A stretch of 64,000 nt of DNA. Origin: Nemertoderma westbladi (Eukaryota > Animalia > Xenacoelomorpha). Under the pieces are notes generated by a model. It was not told the DNA's origin. It saw nothing but the letters and a program-made list of their open reading frames with translations, and did no database searches. Each line of letters begins with the position of its first letter. Within the stretch, counting starts at the first letter, position 1. The stretch is taken from NCBI GenBank assembly GCA_032718475.1, contig JAUCBJ010008056.1:62001-126000 (forward strand), in the 5' to 3' direction. Shown piece after piece: positions 14,193-26,800 of this stretch. A program made the translations under genes and the position numbers.

Positions 14193-15539
14193 GACTATGT
14201 ATACCGTTGAATGTCTACTGCTGTATTACAGTCTGAGTAAGTCTAGTAACTCAGTATTACCTGCTAGCCTAGTAATTAATTACCGGTACTGCTACTCAGT
14301 GTAGCGTGATATATATATAATATATTAGAATACCGGTATACTTATAGTATATATAACTATATAAGTATTATTGCAGACTAGGTTTATCACAGAATACCGG
14401 TATAATTTTAGCACAAATATATATAAATATATAATAGGCCTATCGGAATACCGGTATACAGCTTACAGTTTGTAGGATATATAATTCTGAAATAGAATTA
14501 ATTATAAGTACCGGTATAATTTCAGCCTAGATTTATAGAAATAAAGATAATAGGCCTATCGTAAATACCGGTATATCAATTATTTCAAATAATTGAATTT
14601 CTGTTACTTTAGGGTTACTTTGTTACTTTACTTACTTTATTACCGTTATTTGAGCAGTAATCCAACTGATATTGAGACCTGATGGTTGTATGGTAGGCCT
14701 ACGATTTATAAATCGTTAGATTTGATTTATAATATATATATACCCGTTTTAATGGGTTTTGTCAATGTTTGAAATAAATGTTATTATTTCTGGGGAGTAA
14801 TCACTACACAAAGCGGTGCGCTTTCAGTGAAGTGTTACGTACAGGACACTAAAACAAATAATACTAATTTACCTAAGTTACTTAATACTACAAATTACGT
14901 ACAATTCGGGTGAGATTACAATCTCTAAATAAACACAAAATTTTACAAAAACACAAATACGAATTTTTTAGGGTAATTTTACAAGAAGTCTACAAACCAG
15001 CCTAACAAAGGGTTAGAAAACTGATTATTACAGCGGACAGGGTACTACGGTATTTGAAATAATAAGTAGTAGTAAATACACTGCGTTGTCTAGATAGGAA
15101 AATACCACCGCCTGACGACCTATAGCCGTATCGCTATAGGTTCTACGTTATGTATCACGGAGTGTTCCTACCTAGAAGTTAATAGAGCTAATCGAATGTG
15201 CCTATCAACCACTTTACAACACAAATATAATGCCTACAATAATTACTTCGGAAAGTACTATACACTAAACCCTAAATTAGGTACGAGTACTTGTATAACA
15301 AATAATCAGTAGTTAAATATACTTGAACAGCTAAAAGAACCACGGCATCTGCTGGAGTGACCGATGCACAAAATCACCAGTCTTTACCTACGCCAAGCAG
15401 CCCGTGTAGTACCGAGGTTAATTTAACTATAGCGGTATGTATAACAAACACAATTACTGTAGGAACAAACTTAGGGAATGAATGTTGCGGATAATCGCAT
15501 AAACTCTGAATAATAAATATTACGCTACGCGTACAAACT

Positions 15540-16080
15540 ACTCAAATAAAATACAGACCGAACACTGACAGACTACTATCAAGCCTAAACAAACTACGGT
15601 ATATGCAGACTCCGAAATGATTAGGGAGTATGCGCTCTAACCCAGTAGTGCGACTTATTCTTTAGTTGGGGGTTTACCTTACAGCGTTCGCTGCCCCTAC
15701 TGCCTAATCGTACTTAATCGGACAGATGATCTACACACGCGGCAATCCGTTCAGACCTAATAACAGCCAGACAACTATCCAGCCTACAAATTATCTAAAT
15801 AAAATTATACGCTACCCGTACAGACTTACACAAACAAAGTACAGACTAAACGATGGCAGACTACTCTCAAGCCTAAATAAATTACAGGACATGCAGACTC
15901 CGAAATGATTAGGGAGTATGCGCTCTAACTCAGTAGTGCGACTTATTCTTTAGTTGGGGGTTTACCTTACAGCGTTGCTGCCCCTACTTCCTAACCGTAC
16001 TTAATCGGACAAGTGCTCTACACACACTGCAATTCGTTCGGACTTAACAGCAATCAGACAACAGCTCAGCCTACAAATTG
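15540..16080. repeat. Two ~290-bp direct repeats in the BEL-1 5' leader
   Basis: GCAGACTCCGAAATGATTAGGGAGTATGCG...TTAATCGGAC occurs at about 15605 and 15892. Confidence 0.9.
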
Positions 16081-16347
16081 TCTGTACAATCTGATCAGGT
16101 TTACACGCCTTCTGTTCAATACTGGCCTACAAACAAATAAAACTGACAGAAATAGGCCTAAGTAAAATCCCAATAAACCAGGCGTCCCCGATTAATTATT
16201 AAGACCTACCGGCATATATAATCAAATCGAATAATACTGCTGTACTTATACGGAAGTAGGTACCGGTCCGGATGATCAGGCAGTCAGGCCTACTGGTTAC
16301 CGGTCGACCGATACTTTCGACTTTATTGCTTACTGCAATAAAGAAGC

Positions 16348-16359
16348 TATATCCTTTAA
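16348..16359 (-). promoter_or_regulatory. BEL-1 non-tRNA primer-binding position (TTAAAGGATATA)
   Basis: Directly follows the 5' LTR, has no TGG, and is complementary to LTR segment 17100-17111. Confidence 0.65.
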
Positions 16360-17578
16360 TGTTCGCGCTTTCAGACCTTTGGCAGTTTAACCCGCCAAAT
16401 TAGAATGTCTTCTAGATAATAAATCGCTTTTTAGTCTATGACAAGTATTTGATTCACTACACTAGTCGAAACCAATCCGTGCGCGACCATTCACCCGCTG
16501 GATATTCCCGGGAGATTGGGTTCGACGGTTTAATTTTTATTGCTATGTAAGCCTAATGTATTATTCGACTGACAGTATTATATAATCTCTGACAATATTA
16601 TTCACCTTCGGTAATATTAACAGTTCCTTTAGGACGTGGCGCTTTATCTATATAAACAGAGTTATGACTTAAACTACTCACAACGATATGGCTTAATTAT
16701 AATCCACATATATGACGCATTCTTTAGGAATTGCTTCTTTAACAGACTCACTCATACACTATGCTGCACAATACTGCACACTAATCTGCCAGTCTTCACT
16801 GATTTTAGTCACATATAAAAGGAACACAGGCTGACTCATGTAGGGTCTATCAAATAACATTAGATTCACTTCAAACCACTTTAACATAAGTCACAATCGT
16901 TATTGGTAACCTTTCTCTCTTACCTTCGGTATATCAAGAATATTGGGTTGCGGGGTTATTTATCGTTATTCCAAATATAATAATTCATCAACCATATTAT
17001 GAAGAACTGACAGTAAATAGCAGTATCAAACAACAACTGAACAGTTAGGTAGATCGGTACATCAGTACCGGTATGTCAGCAGTGAGATATTTCAAGCAGT
17101 TAAAGGATATATGCCCTTTATAATTAAACCTACTAGTGTACGACTAAAAAGCAGTACAGCACAAAATACTTCCAAGCCGTTCTTTCTTTGGCTCAAGACT
17201 GAATGTAAACACTGCACATAGGCATTGCGTCATTTCTCGGAAATTTTCTGTACAAGGAGCCACAAAAACGCTCTCATTGGCTGACTGAACTGAGAGACGC
17301 CGTAGAACAAAGGAAATCAACACGTATGAATGTCAGCTGTTAACCGTAGTCATAGTAACTACTGTTCAAGAGTAGCTATCACCCTTTTGCGTCACGAATT
17401 GCCATAGAATCATAAAATATGCCTTTCACAGTACACATACGGAGGAAATAGGTCTTAGATCCTCTAAAAACACAGATACAGCAATAATACGGTCTCTTAC
17501 ACTTATTAAATCAACTACAGAGTATTTTAATGTAAAAGATAATAAAAATAACGGGGCAATTCAGCAAAGGCTTTTACA
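16360..17578 (-). repeat. BEL-1 5' LTR (1219 bp)
   Basis: Direct repeat of 4996-6228; CCAAT near 17280 and TATAAA near 17120 on the - strand. Confidence 0.95.

Positions 17579-17637
<59 letters not shown>
17579..17637. repeat. (TAC)n microsatellite
   Basis: Direct reading. Confidence 0.98.
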
Positions 17638-17639
<2 letters not shown>

Positions 17640-17769
17640 TTTTTTTTTTTTTTTTTTTACTTTTTTTTTTTTTTAGTATAATATATTTAGTTAAACTATA
17701 TCTATAGCTAATAAATATAACAAATTCACATAGTTGAAAATTATTACGAGATCAAAAATTATATATAGA
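17638..17769 (-). mobile_element. Extremely 5'-truncated poly(A) retrocopy (3' UTR plus A tail) inside the microsatellite
   Basis: About 37-nt T run followed by ~95 bp of AT-rich sequence, with (TAC)n on both sides. Confidence 0.6.
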
Positions 17770-17827
<58 letters not shown>

Positions 17828-17832
17828 GCTAC
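17770..17832. repeat. (TAC)n microsatellite with one TGC variant
   Basis: Direct reading; ACTACTACTGCTAC (17819-17832) recurs at 35906-35919. Confidence 0.97.
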
Positions 17833-18109
17833 CAGAACTCAAGTTGTTTGCCCTGTCTCCGCAAATGGGGGGCCTGGGGTTGCGGAACCCAGTTAACGAG
17901 GTCGATACCAACTTTGCTGTATCAGAACTTGGGACACAGTCGCTGGTGAACGCGATCGCCGGGAAGGAGCCATTCTCCTTAGCCACCCACCTGAAGTGCA
18001 TGGAGGGAGCGCGCATGACATCTCGGAAAGAGAGGCAGGGTATGGAGAAAGCCCAGCAGGAGCAAGTGTTGGAAGGAATGGCGGAGCACCAGCGTGTCGC
18101 TGTCCAACG

Positions 18110-20038
18110 TATAGAATTATATTCCCTAAATGCCGTGGATTTTCAAAATTTTTATTTTATTCGAATTAACTTTGTAAAAGATTACTTTGAGTCCTCATTT
18201 GTATTTGTTATATCATTTATACACCCATTGGTCAAGTGGTTCAGTAGCTCAGTCGGTAGAGCGTTGGAAATTATATGTGTAGTAGGTATTGAGTTCGAAT
18301 CCTAGTAAGTGCGAATTATTTTTTGTGCAGAATTTCAACTCATTTAAATTGACCGCTACAAATTAATTGCATTTATCTGTACCAATGAGACTGTAGTTAT
18401 TTGATTGTAACCAATGTCGTGCAAGTTATATATTAGCTGGACCAATAGCTATCTTTAAAAACCTGTTAGAACCTATAGAACAATCGAGAATTTTCTCGAT
18501 TGATTGCAGCACAAATTTGGTATATAAAGGTGCGATTCGTTCATTAGTTATCAATCTTATCGTATCTTCAGTTCATATTATATTCGTATCTCTGATTTAT
18601 CTGATATTTGTTTATTCTGTCATTAGTTTCTCAGATTACATTTTGTATTATTATCTGCAATAAATTCAGAAATACCGCTATCTGCTTTTCTTTCACCATG
18701 ATTCACTACGGTGAACAAACCTAAGGGACAGGATGGCCGGCTAGAGATCGGGCCGCAGCAATGAACGGGAACATCACGGGAATGTAGACGAGAGACAACC
18801 CGCAATACCACCTTAGTTATTCGCCCATCGCCTGAAAGGTTAGACAGCGTTCGACACCTCGCTACCTAAGCGTAAGACCAAAGATCAAAAGGGTAGAAGT
18901 AGTGACACGCTGTGAGCCTAAAATTACATCTTAGGGACTGTACTGTCTTGATTCAGAAAAAACCACAGTAGACCTTCATATTCCTACGGGGGGAGAGCGC
19001 AGGCAGATACTAGTACGCAGATAGGACGTAGGCACACCGGTACGAAGCATACAAATTGGTAGGGTGCAGCAAACTGTACGCCTAACTCTTGCTAAGTACA
19101 GGTGCGTGTGCGACTATTTGCAGTACAACGTGTCCATTGCATTAGAACTTGTAGGCTAGGAGGGTTGTTGTGTTTTCACCTGAATTAGGATTGTACCGTT
19201 CAGGCGGTAGGGCAGTTTACAGCTAGGCGCAAATAAATTGAGGCTATTAGGGATATACTAACATCTACCATGTCCCCGCCAACGCCCTAATAGGAAGTTA
19301 CCCGGACTACCTGGGTGACTAAAATTCTAGATAGGACGCCAGGATAGCTATTAGTAACTGTACGCCTACAGTAGTAAACTAACACATCTCTTCTTAGTAT
19401 CAGGGACCTGGTACATAAAATTGCCGAATTCTGGGCGTAGTATTAACCCTATGTCTGAATTTGAGTCCTGGAAATACGCAAGAGGGGAAGGAACCTTATC
19501 ATTCGTGAGTATTGGACCTACAAGTTACAAAATTAGAATATTCGTAAAATGCACACCGTACCCAGTAATTATATATGTGAAGGAGCAAAACTGTTTTTGA
19601 CCGTTCAGAATTAACACACGCGCGTTAGAAATTATTTACACCTCAAAATATATAAAATTAACTTTTGTCCTTACTGTGCTTTGCCCGCTAGTTAGACATC
19701 TCCAAATCTGCCTCTGTACCTAGCTAGCGTCTCTTCGCCCAACCATATAAATCACACCGCGGCAAAGTATACGAGCCCCTTAGTCCGTCAGTGAGTCAGC
19801 CTGATTTTAGGATTCGCTGCGCGGGATTTTGTTTTATCGAAGTTTGTCTGCTCGTAGACTGTTTTCTGCCTCACCGGTTATAAGAGATCGATACTGCAAT
19901 ATATTCGCTTACTTAGAGTTTACTGTTTTGGTGAGAAGGTCGGATTTATGATTTGATTTACAAACTTTACAGTAAGATATTGCAGGTATTGTTACCGTCT
20001 CTTCCATATTAGTAGGAATAGGCGTATCTCTTCAATTA
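18110..20038 (+). repeat. BEL-2 5' LTR (TATAG...AATTA)
   Basis: Direct repeat of 32977-34905; CCAAT motifs at about 18380-18450, TATATAAAG near 18521, AATAAA at 18659 and 19232. Confidence 0.95.
18238..18324 (+). ncRNA. tRNA-derived Pol III-like cassette in the 5' LTR
   Basis: A box TAGCTCAGTCGG with D-arm GCTC...GAGC, B box GAGTTCGAATCC, then a T run. Acceptor and anticodon stems are not intact. Confidence 0.6.
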
Positions 20039-20049
20039 GTAGGAATATG
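20039..20049 (+). promoter_or_regulatory. BEL-2 non-tRNA primer-binding position (GTAGGAATATG)
   Basis: Directly follows the 5' LTR, has no TGG, and is complementary to CATATTCCTAC at 18977-18987. Confidence 0.65.
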
Positions 20050-20847
20050 TTTTACTGAACTACGGTTCGGTAGGACTAAAGTTATTTGAAAATTTTGTAT
20101 TTTGAGGTAAAAATTTGTATTTGATTAGCTAAGTGCTAATTTTGAAACAAAATTTGATTTGAACCGCGTGTAAAATATTTTTGGAATTGAATACCGGTGT
20201 TTAAAAGGGTTTAAATACCATATTGTACCGGTACAAAATTTTTCGTAAAAGTAAAACCTAACTCTTTTGTTTTTTCAGGATTCAGAACTCATTTCTAGGC
20301 TGTAACGGGAGCAAGACCGTGTTTAGCAAGTTTGGGAGATAGATAACTCAACAACTTTGGTTGGGAAAATCGCGCTTCGTCCGCAACGCTGGAAACGGAA
20401 AGGTTCACGTTCGGTTTGTATCTGGGGATCTGTTTTTCTGGAGAATTATTGGAGTGGGTGAGTTCGAAAAGTTGCATAAATAAGTTAGGCATTACCGTAT
20501 TAGTTAAAATTATTGTGGGTTCCACTGTCTCAAGTATTTATGCATTCCGTATGATTTCTTTGTTCATTGCTGAATTAGTCCGTATTATTGTATTTAATTT
20601 ACCTTTTGATAACGCATATTGTTATCCGATTTATTTGTTATAAAATTGGCCGCTAGGCTAATTTTATTATATACTTATTCCGTGACATTTATTTGCTGTA
20701 AAATTGGCCGTTTAGGCTAATTTTATCCATCTGCTATAAAATCGGCCGGTAGGCTAATTTTATATGACTGTAATTAGTACCGTTTAGATATAAATACGGT
20801 AAACTTGGTACTTTGACACTCACTTTACTTGACTTACAACTACCGAA

Positions 20848-23800
20848 ATGAGTGACAAACAAGACTATACGAAGAATACACAAACCGACTATGACTCATG
20901 CGACGGAGATAAGTCAGCAGCGGAAGAACAACAGGGGAAGACTCGCGAGCCTACCGAACCTACACCGTGTGCGTCACCAGTACATCCAATGGGAGTACCG
21001 GATGCCGTAGTACGAGGCGACAGCAGGACCGAGGACTTTCTAACTGTTCCGCAACCTAGATACAGGGAAACGGAAATGGTAAGTTCAGCAGGAAGCACAG
21101 AAAGTGTGGTTAGAAGCGTCGGAGGTTACATGGCGCATATAACCAGGAGTATTGGAGAAGGCCAACGCATATTAGACGAGTTGACCGCTCCGATGTCTCG
21201 ATTCGAGTTCTACACCCTCCAGGTTAGAGTACAGAGTAAAGTATATAAGTCCGTAGATAATCTAATTGGTCTACAAGATCTAGCTAGACAGAGACAGGAC
21301 ATGGATACTCAACTTAGAATCCTCGAGAAACTAATGATCGCTAGAGAGAAACTGATTCAGTTTAAGTCGACGATTAGACAGATACAACAGGAACAAGCGG
21401 ACCAGTTGTTAGGTGAGTCAGTTTCGGACGAATTATTACAACCCGAGGAAGAACAGGAACTGTACCGACTGGATGGACAATTGAAACATCTGACGGACCA
21501 CTTACGTATGTGCGGCGAGGATGTCGGAGATTGGGAAACCGTGCCGGAATATACAAGGGAAACTTCACCCGTACGAATCGAATCGGCACCGGGAATACTG
21601 AATCAATCACTGGTGAGTATTCGCAGCGAGATTAACGAGGTAAGCATGGTCACGTCAGAAGTTGCTCGACAACAGCAACAGTTCTACAGACAGCAACACG
21701 AGATGGAAGAACAAACTCAACTACTAATGATACAAACAGCGGTAGAGGAAGAGAAAATACGTGTTGCGAATGTAGCTAGAATCTCTCATCTGCAGGAACA
21801 AGCCGAACTCGAAGCGGCCGAAATGGAAAGGTTAGAGTTGGACATTGCCCAACAAGCGGCAGCGGCCGAGTTAGCGCAACGAGCGGCAACAGCCGAGTTA
21901 GAGCGACAAACGGCAGCGGCAGCGGCCGAGTTAGAGCGACAAACGGCAGCGGCAGAGTTAGAGCGACAAACGGAAGCGGCAGAGTTAGAAAGAAAAAGGT
22001 TAGTTTCAGAAGCCAGAGTCGAGATGAAGACACGGCAAATAAAAGCCCAACAAGCGATACGACAAGCAGAGTTCGAGGCGCAACAACAACAAACGGAACA
22101 ACGAGAAAAGGAAGTTAAACTTCGTTTCGAACTTGAGAAAAGGGCGAGAGAATTAGCCGAAACCAAAGAAAATCTGGATCTTCTAGCCCGTGATCGATCG
22201 ATGAGATCTCGTGACGGACATGATTTGGACCAGATAGAGGTAAGGCATCGCCAAATCCAGGAACGACTAAAGGAAGGTTCGATAGGAGCACCTGGATGGG
22301 AACGACAATTAGTAAAGGACTTATGTCAAAGATTCCCTCAAGTAACCCCTATGTTCGCACCAGTTACAACTAAGGAACCTGTTTCGATTGCGGGCAGTAG
22401 TGATATTTCTCCTATCCATGGTGCGACGGAACACAGGTTTGTTATTCCGGACAAGTTTACACCGCCAAGAGCAACGTCGTCGCCTATTCCGAAAGTCAAG
22501 GTAAGTAACCCACCGATTACAGATCGTAGTAGTTTGTTGACTGGACCTGCACTACTGACGACTAAACAGGTGAGTCCACCGTCGACACCTAAACCCGTTA
22601 CACACTACGCTTACCCAATGACGTTTAGGCCTACAAAGCCTTTGGATTCAAACGCTGTCGTCCGACCACCGGTTCAGTTTACATCGCAATCTACGACTTC
22701 GAGGAAGACTTGTGAGCCTACCGAACAACGGAGAACAGTGGATACGCGACCGTTCAATCAGTTTACATCGCAATCTACGACTTCGAGGAAGACTTGTGAG
22801 CCTACCGAACAACGGAGAACAGTGGATACGTGACCGTTCAATCAGTTTACATCGCAATCTACGACTTCGAGGAAGACTTGTGAGCCTCCCGAACAATGGA
22901 GACCAGTGGATACGCGACCGTTCAATCAGCGTACATCGCAATCTACGACTTCGAGGAAGACTTGTGAGCCTACCGAACAACGGAGAACAGTGGACGATGT
23001 TCCGAAACGGAACGTTAGAATTCGTACGACGCAACGAACGCGAGCACGTCGACCACCATATCCAGATGATAGTAGTACTTCGAGCGAATCGGATTACCCG
23101 AAATGCGAGGTATTTAGAACAGGGGCGACCGACGAATATAAACGCGAGCGTTCAGACAACTCCTTTGTAGACAATCCTCCACAGAATACACCAACACAGA
23201 AGGCGTTACAACCAACGAACGCAATCAGTACTCAACAATTTGCTGACATTCTGAGACCAGTTGTTAACAAGTTGGCTCAGATCGAGGAGCGTCTGGAGGA
23301 AGTTCAAACCGATAGTTCGAGGAACACCGAATTCGAACACAATAGACACCCGAAGGAACCACAAAGACCGGTACCTTCAAAACACACATCGTATCAGGGA
23401 AAAGCGCCAAGAAGGGATATCAACCAGTGTACCAACCAAGGACGCGAAACTCTGAACGTTGCCGAGGAGATAGCGAAATTCGCAGCCAGACAGGGATTGC
23501 CGGTACAACAACCACCGAAGTTTTCCGGTAGCTCAAAACACTGGCACACTTTCGTAGACTATATCGAATCCCAGATCGCCGTGTGCGCCTTTACATCACG
23601 GGAGAAGTTTAATTACCTGCTTCAAACGTTGTCAGGAGAACCTAAACGTTTGGCGGAGACTTTCGTCGGTGTACCGGACGCCTTTGAATTAGCGTACGAT
23701 CGTTTGACCTCGATCTACGGAGGTACAGTTAGTATGGCCAGGTCAGTAATAGAGGAACTCTGTAAGGGAGGGGCTATCACTAAACCCGTCGACTTATTAA

Positions 23801-26800
23801 AACTGGCCGACGAGATAAAGAACGCTATCACTACTTTAAGATCCATTGGACAACTCGACTACGGGAATACCCCTACAGTCCTATTAAAGATCATAGGACG
23901 ACTCCACCATCGACTTCGTCGGGAGTGGAGAAAGATCGAATACCAGCGGGAAGAGCGGGGTGGATTCTTAAAACTAGAGGATGTGTACCTTTTGATATCC
24001 AGGGAAGCAGTTGTAGAAACACGATCCAACTACACTGACCAGCACATCGTAGCAGAAGGAATCACCTTGCCATCCTCCAACCGACAAAAACCCCAGACAA
24101 CATCCACCAAGATGGCCACTTACGCCACATCGACGGAAACCCGACAATTCTCGGACGGTAGTAGAGTATCTGCGCCCATTGGGACAAAACAGACGAGACA
24201 ACAACTCAGTACCGACTTTAGCGGCTGCCAATACTGCGAGCATTTAGGCAAGCGGTATATCGGTCACAAGTTGCGAGGTTGTCGACAGTTTCGCGAGTTG
24301 AACTCGGAAGAACGACGGCTGCAGATACGGCCATTGGACTCGTGTTGGCGGTGTACGCGACACGGACACGTCCGTAAAGATTGCCAAAATACCGACACTT
24401 GTCCATCCTGTGGACGCAACCACGACGGTCTGCTCCACACAGACAGCCACACACCGACAAAACGCTTCGCCAGGGAACACCCGGAAGCAGCAGCGAGATG
24501 TGATGCGGCCTACAGAAAACGAGAATCGAAAACGACTCCGACCTTCGTGACCCATATTGAGGATTGCTTCTCAGAACAACCCGGATCGTCGGACGAAGAG
24601 TCAGAAGACGACGACGTATATTCGGATGGAGATGAACAGCCATCGATCGCGCTTCTGACCACTGACCAACTAAAGGGATTTAGTGTAATTCCGATTAAGA
24701 TTACTGGCACAAAGGGGAGTAAGAGAATCTGCGCTATTCTAGATTCAGCCTCATCTCACAGTTACGTGGATGAAAAGATAGCTGACGTCGTGACGGATCT
24801 CAGACAAGGTAAGCGTGTCAGTTATACCGTAAGTAGTATGCACGGACAGCGTGCTATACCAGTGACACGAGTCAAGTTAAACTTAGACTCTCTTCTTCCG
24901 AAATCGCAACACAGCGAGAGGGAGAGGTCTTTGTTACCCTTCAAGGATTTGACCTTTGCGGCCACCAAAGACTTTAGTAACCTACTAGGTCCGGTCCCAG
25001 AACAATCCTTGGAGGACCGTAAGTATTTCAGACACCTTGGTGTACCTGAATGTCCTGTCAATTATAGATCGGTAGCCATGCTGATCGGGACGGACCAATT
25101 CAACCTACATCAGGTGTGGGAAACCAGACCATCGGCAGTCGTAGCGGGAAACGCATACGCCTGTAGAACGCCGATAGGCTGGTATACTCGAGCGCCTGTG
25201 CGCACACTAGACGTAAGTGACGAGGAAGACGATGTACAAAGTACATGTAGTTTATTAACTACAAATTCAATTCATTCCTTTTCACGCGACGTGGACCATA
25301 CTACACTGCAGTCGACAAAACATAACAGACGTGTAACTAGTATGATAAGTCACAAGGAGCAGCTAACCCGCCAGGTGAATTTAGAACTTGGGGAGAAGAC
25401 GAGTCAACTAGAGATTCCATCGACGACAGATGATAACGCCGGAAGGCTTGCGAGTCTACCTACCCCAACGACATCAACGAGGCCCGTCGATATCGATGAT
25501 GACGCGTTGAGAAATCATCAAATGGAACAAGCTGCACTGGACAAAGAATTAATGGAGAAGACTATCAGGTGGTTAGAACAAGATACAGCTGAACCTGGTA
25601 GCTACGAACCTTGTATGTCGGAACAGGAGAAACAATCTCTGAAGATCATGGAAGATACTATCCGACAGACGGAGGACGGACATTATGAGGTAGGGATGTT
25701 ATGGCGTAGCCAAAGTCCTAAACTCATAAATAACTATCCACTGGCTTTAAGACGTCTACACTCAATACGGCAACGTCTATTAAAGGACGAGAAAGCCCAT
25801 CTGCAGTATAACACTCAGATGGAGACGTATTTGACTAAGGGATACGCTATCCGAATGACTAACCCGGAGCGAGTGACTGACCAGACGTACTACTTGCCAC
25901 ATCACTACGTGAGACACCCCGACAAACCAGACAAAGTACGTGTAGTCAATGACTGTGCGGCTCTGTTTGAGGGAATGTCCCTCAATAGTGAGTTAATGGA
26001 TGGACCAAACATGAATAATTATCTTATGGGGGTGATTATGCGCTTCCGTCAGCATCAAGTAGCTTTTACTTGCGACGTTGAAGCGATGTTTCACCAAGTG
26101 AGAGCGTTAGAGCAAGACAGAGACAGTTTGAGGTTCCTCTGGTATCCGGAAGGAGACTTAAGTCTACCACCGGCGACTTACCAAATGCAAGTTCGCGTTT
26201 TCGGTGCCAGAGACAGCCCAAATTGTACCATGTATGCCCTAAAGCAGGCCGCTAGGGATCAGAAACATTTGTATGACCCAGAGATAATTAGGATTGTGGA
26301 GCGTGACTTTTACGTTGACGACGGATTACAGAGTTGCGACACAGTAGAACGTGCTACAACAGTAGCACATCAATTACGAGACTGTTTAGCGGGCGGAGGT
26401 TTTAACCTCACCAAATTCGCCTCAAACAGTGCCGAATTAGTAGACTCATTCGGAACGACTGAGCGTGGAGGTGGTGACATGGACCTAGAGTTCGAACCAC
26501 TACCGACGACCAAGGTGTTGGGGCTTTTTTGGGACCCAAACACAGACAAGTTTCGAGTGAGAGTGAGACTGGACAGTCAAGAAAACACACTGACAAAGAG
26601 ATCATGCTTGTCAAAATTGAGCCGATTGTTCGATCCATTAGGATTCATCAGTCCGATAATACTACAAGCCCGCATTTATATGCGCAGTATTTGGAAGGAT
26701 GGACTGACATGGGACGAGCCGATCTCATCAGACCAAGTGGACTTATGGAAAACCTGGGAGGCAGAATTATCTTCGCTAGAGGATTATTCCATACCCAGAG

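Larger units (their letters stand above)
4996..17578 (-). mobile_element. BEL/Pao LTR retrotransposon, non-autonomous deletion derivative (BEL-1)
   Basis: Near-identical ~1.2-kb LTRs with TG...CA ends, ACTAC 5-bp TSD at 4991-4995 and 17579-17583, BEL-type gag with Cys-His boxes and an LLDSGS protease; no RT or integrase core. Confidence 0.93.

Noticed and set aside
17734-18305. Poly-Tyr / poly-Ser ORFs and the 153-aa ORF at 17844
   Set aside because: Translations of (TAC)n and a CRE-2/LTR junction chimera.
18238-18310. Functional tRNA gene
   Set aside because: Acceptor and anticodon stems do not pair; only the promoter boxes and D arm remain.
22831-22833. Programmed readthrough stop in BEL-2 gag (and the TGA at 13581 in BEL-1)
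   Set aside because: Neighbouring repeat units read CGA, so it is most simply a CpG transition. The BEL-1 stop cannot be tested here but looks similar.
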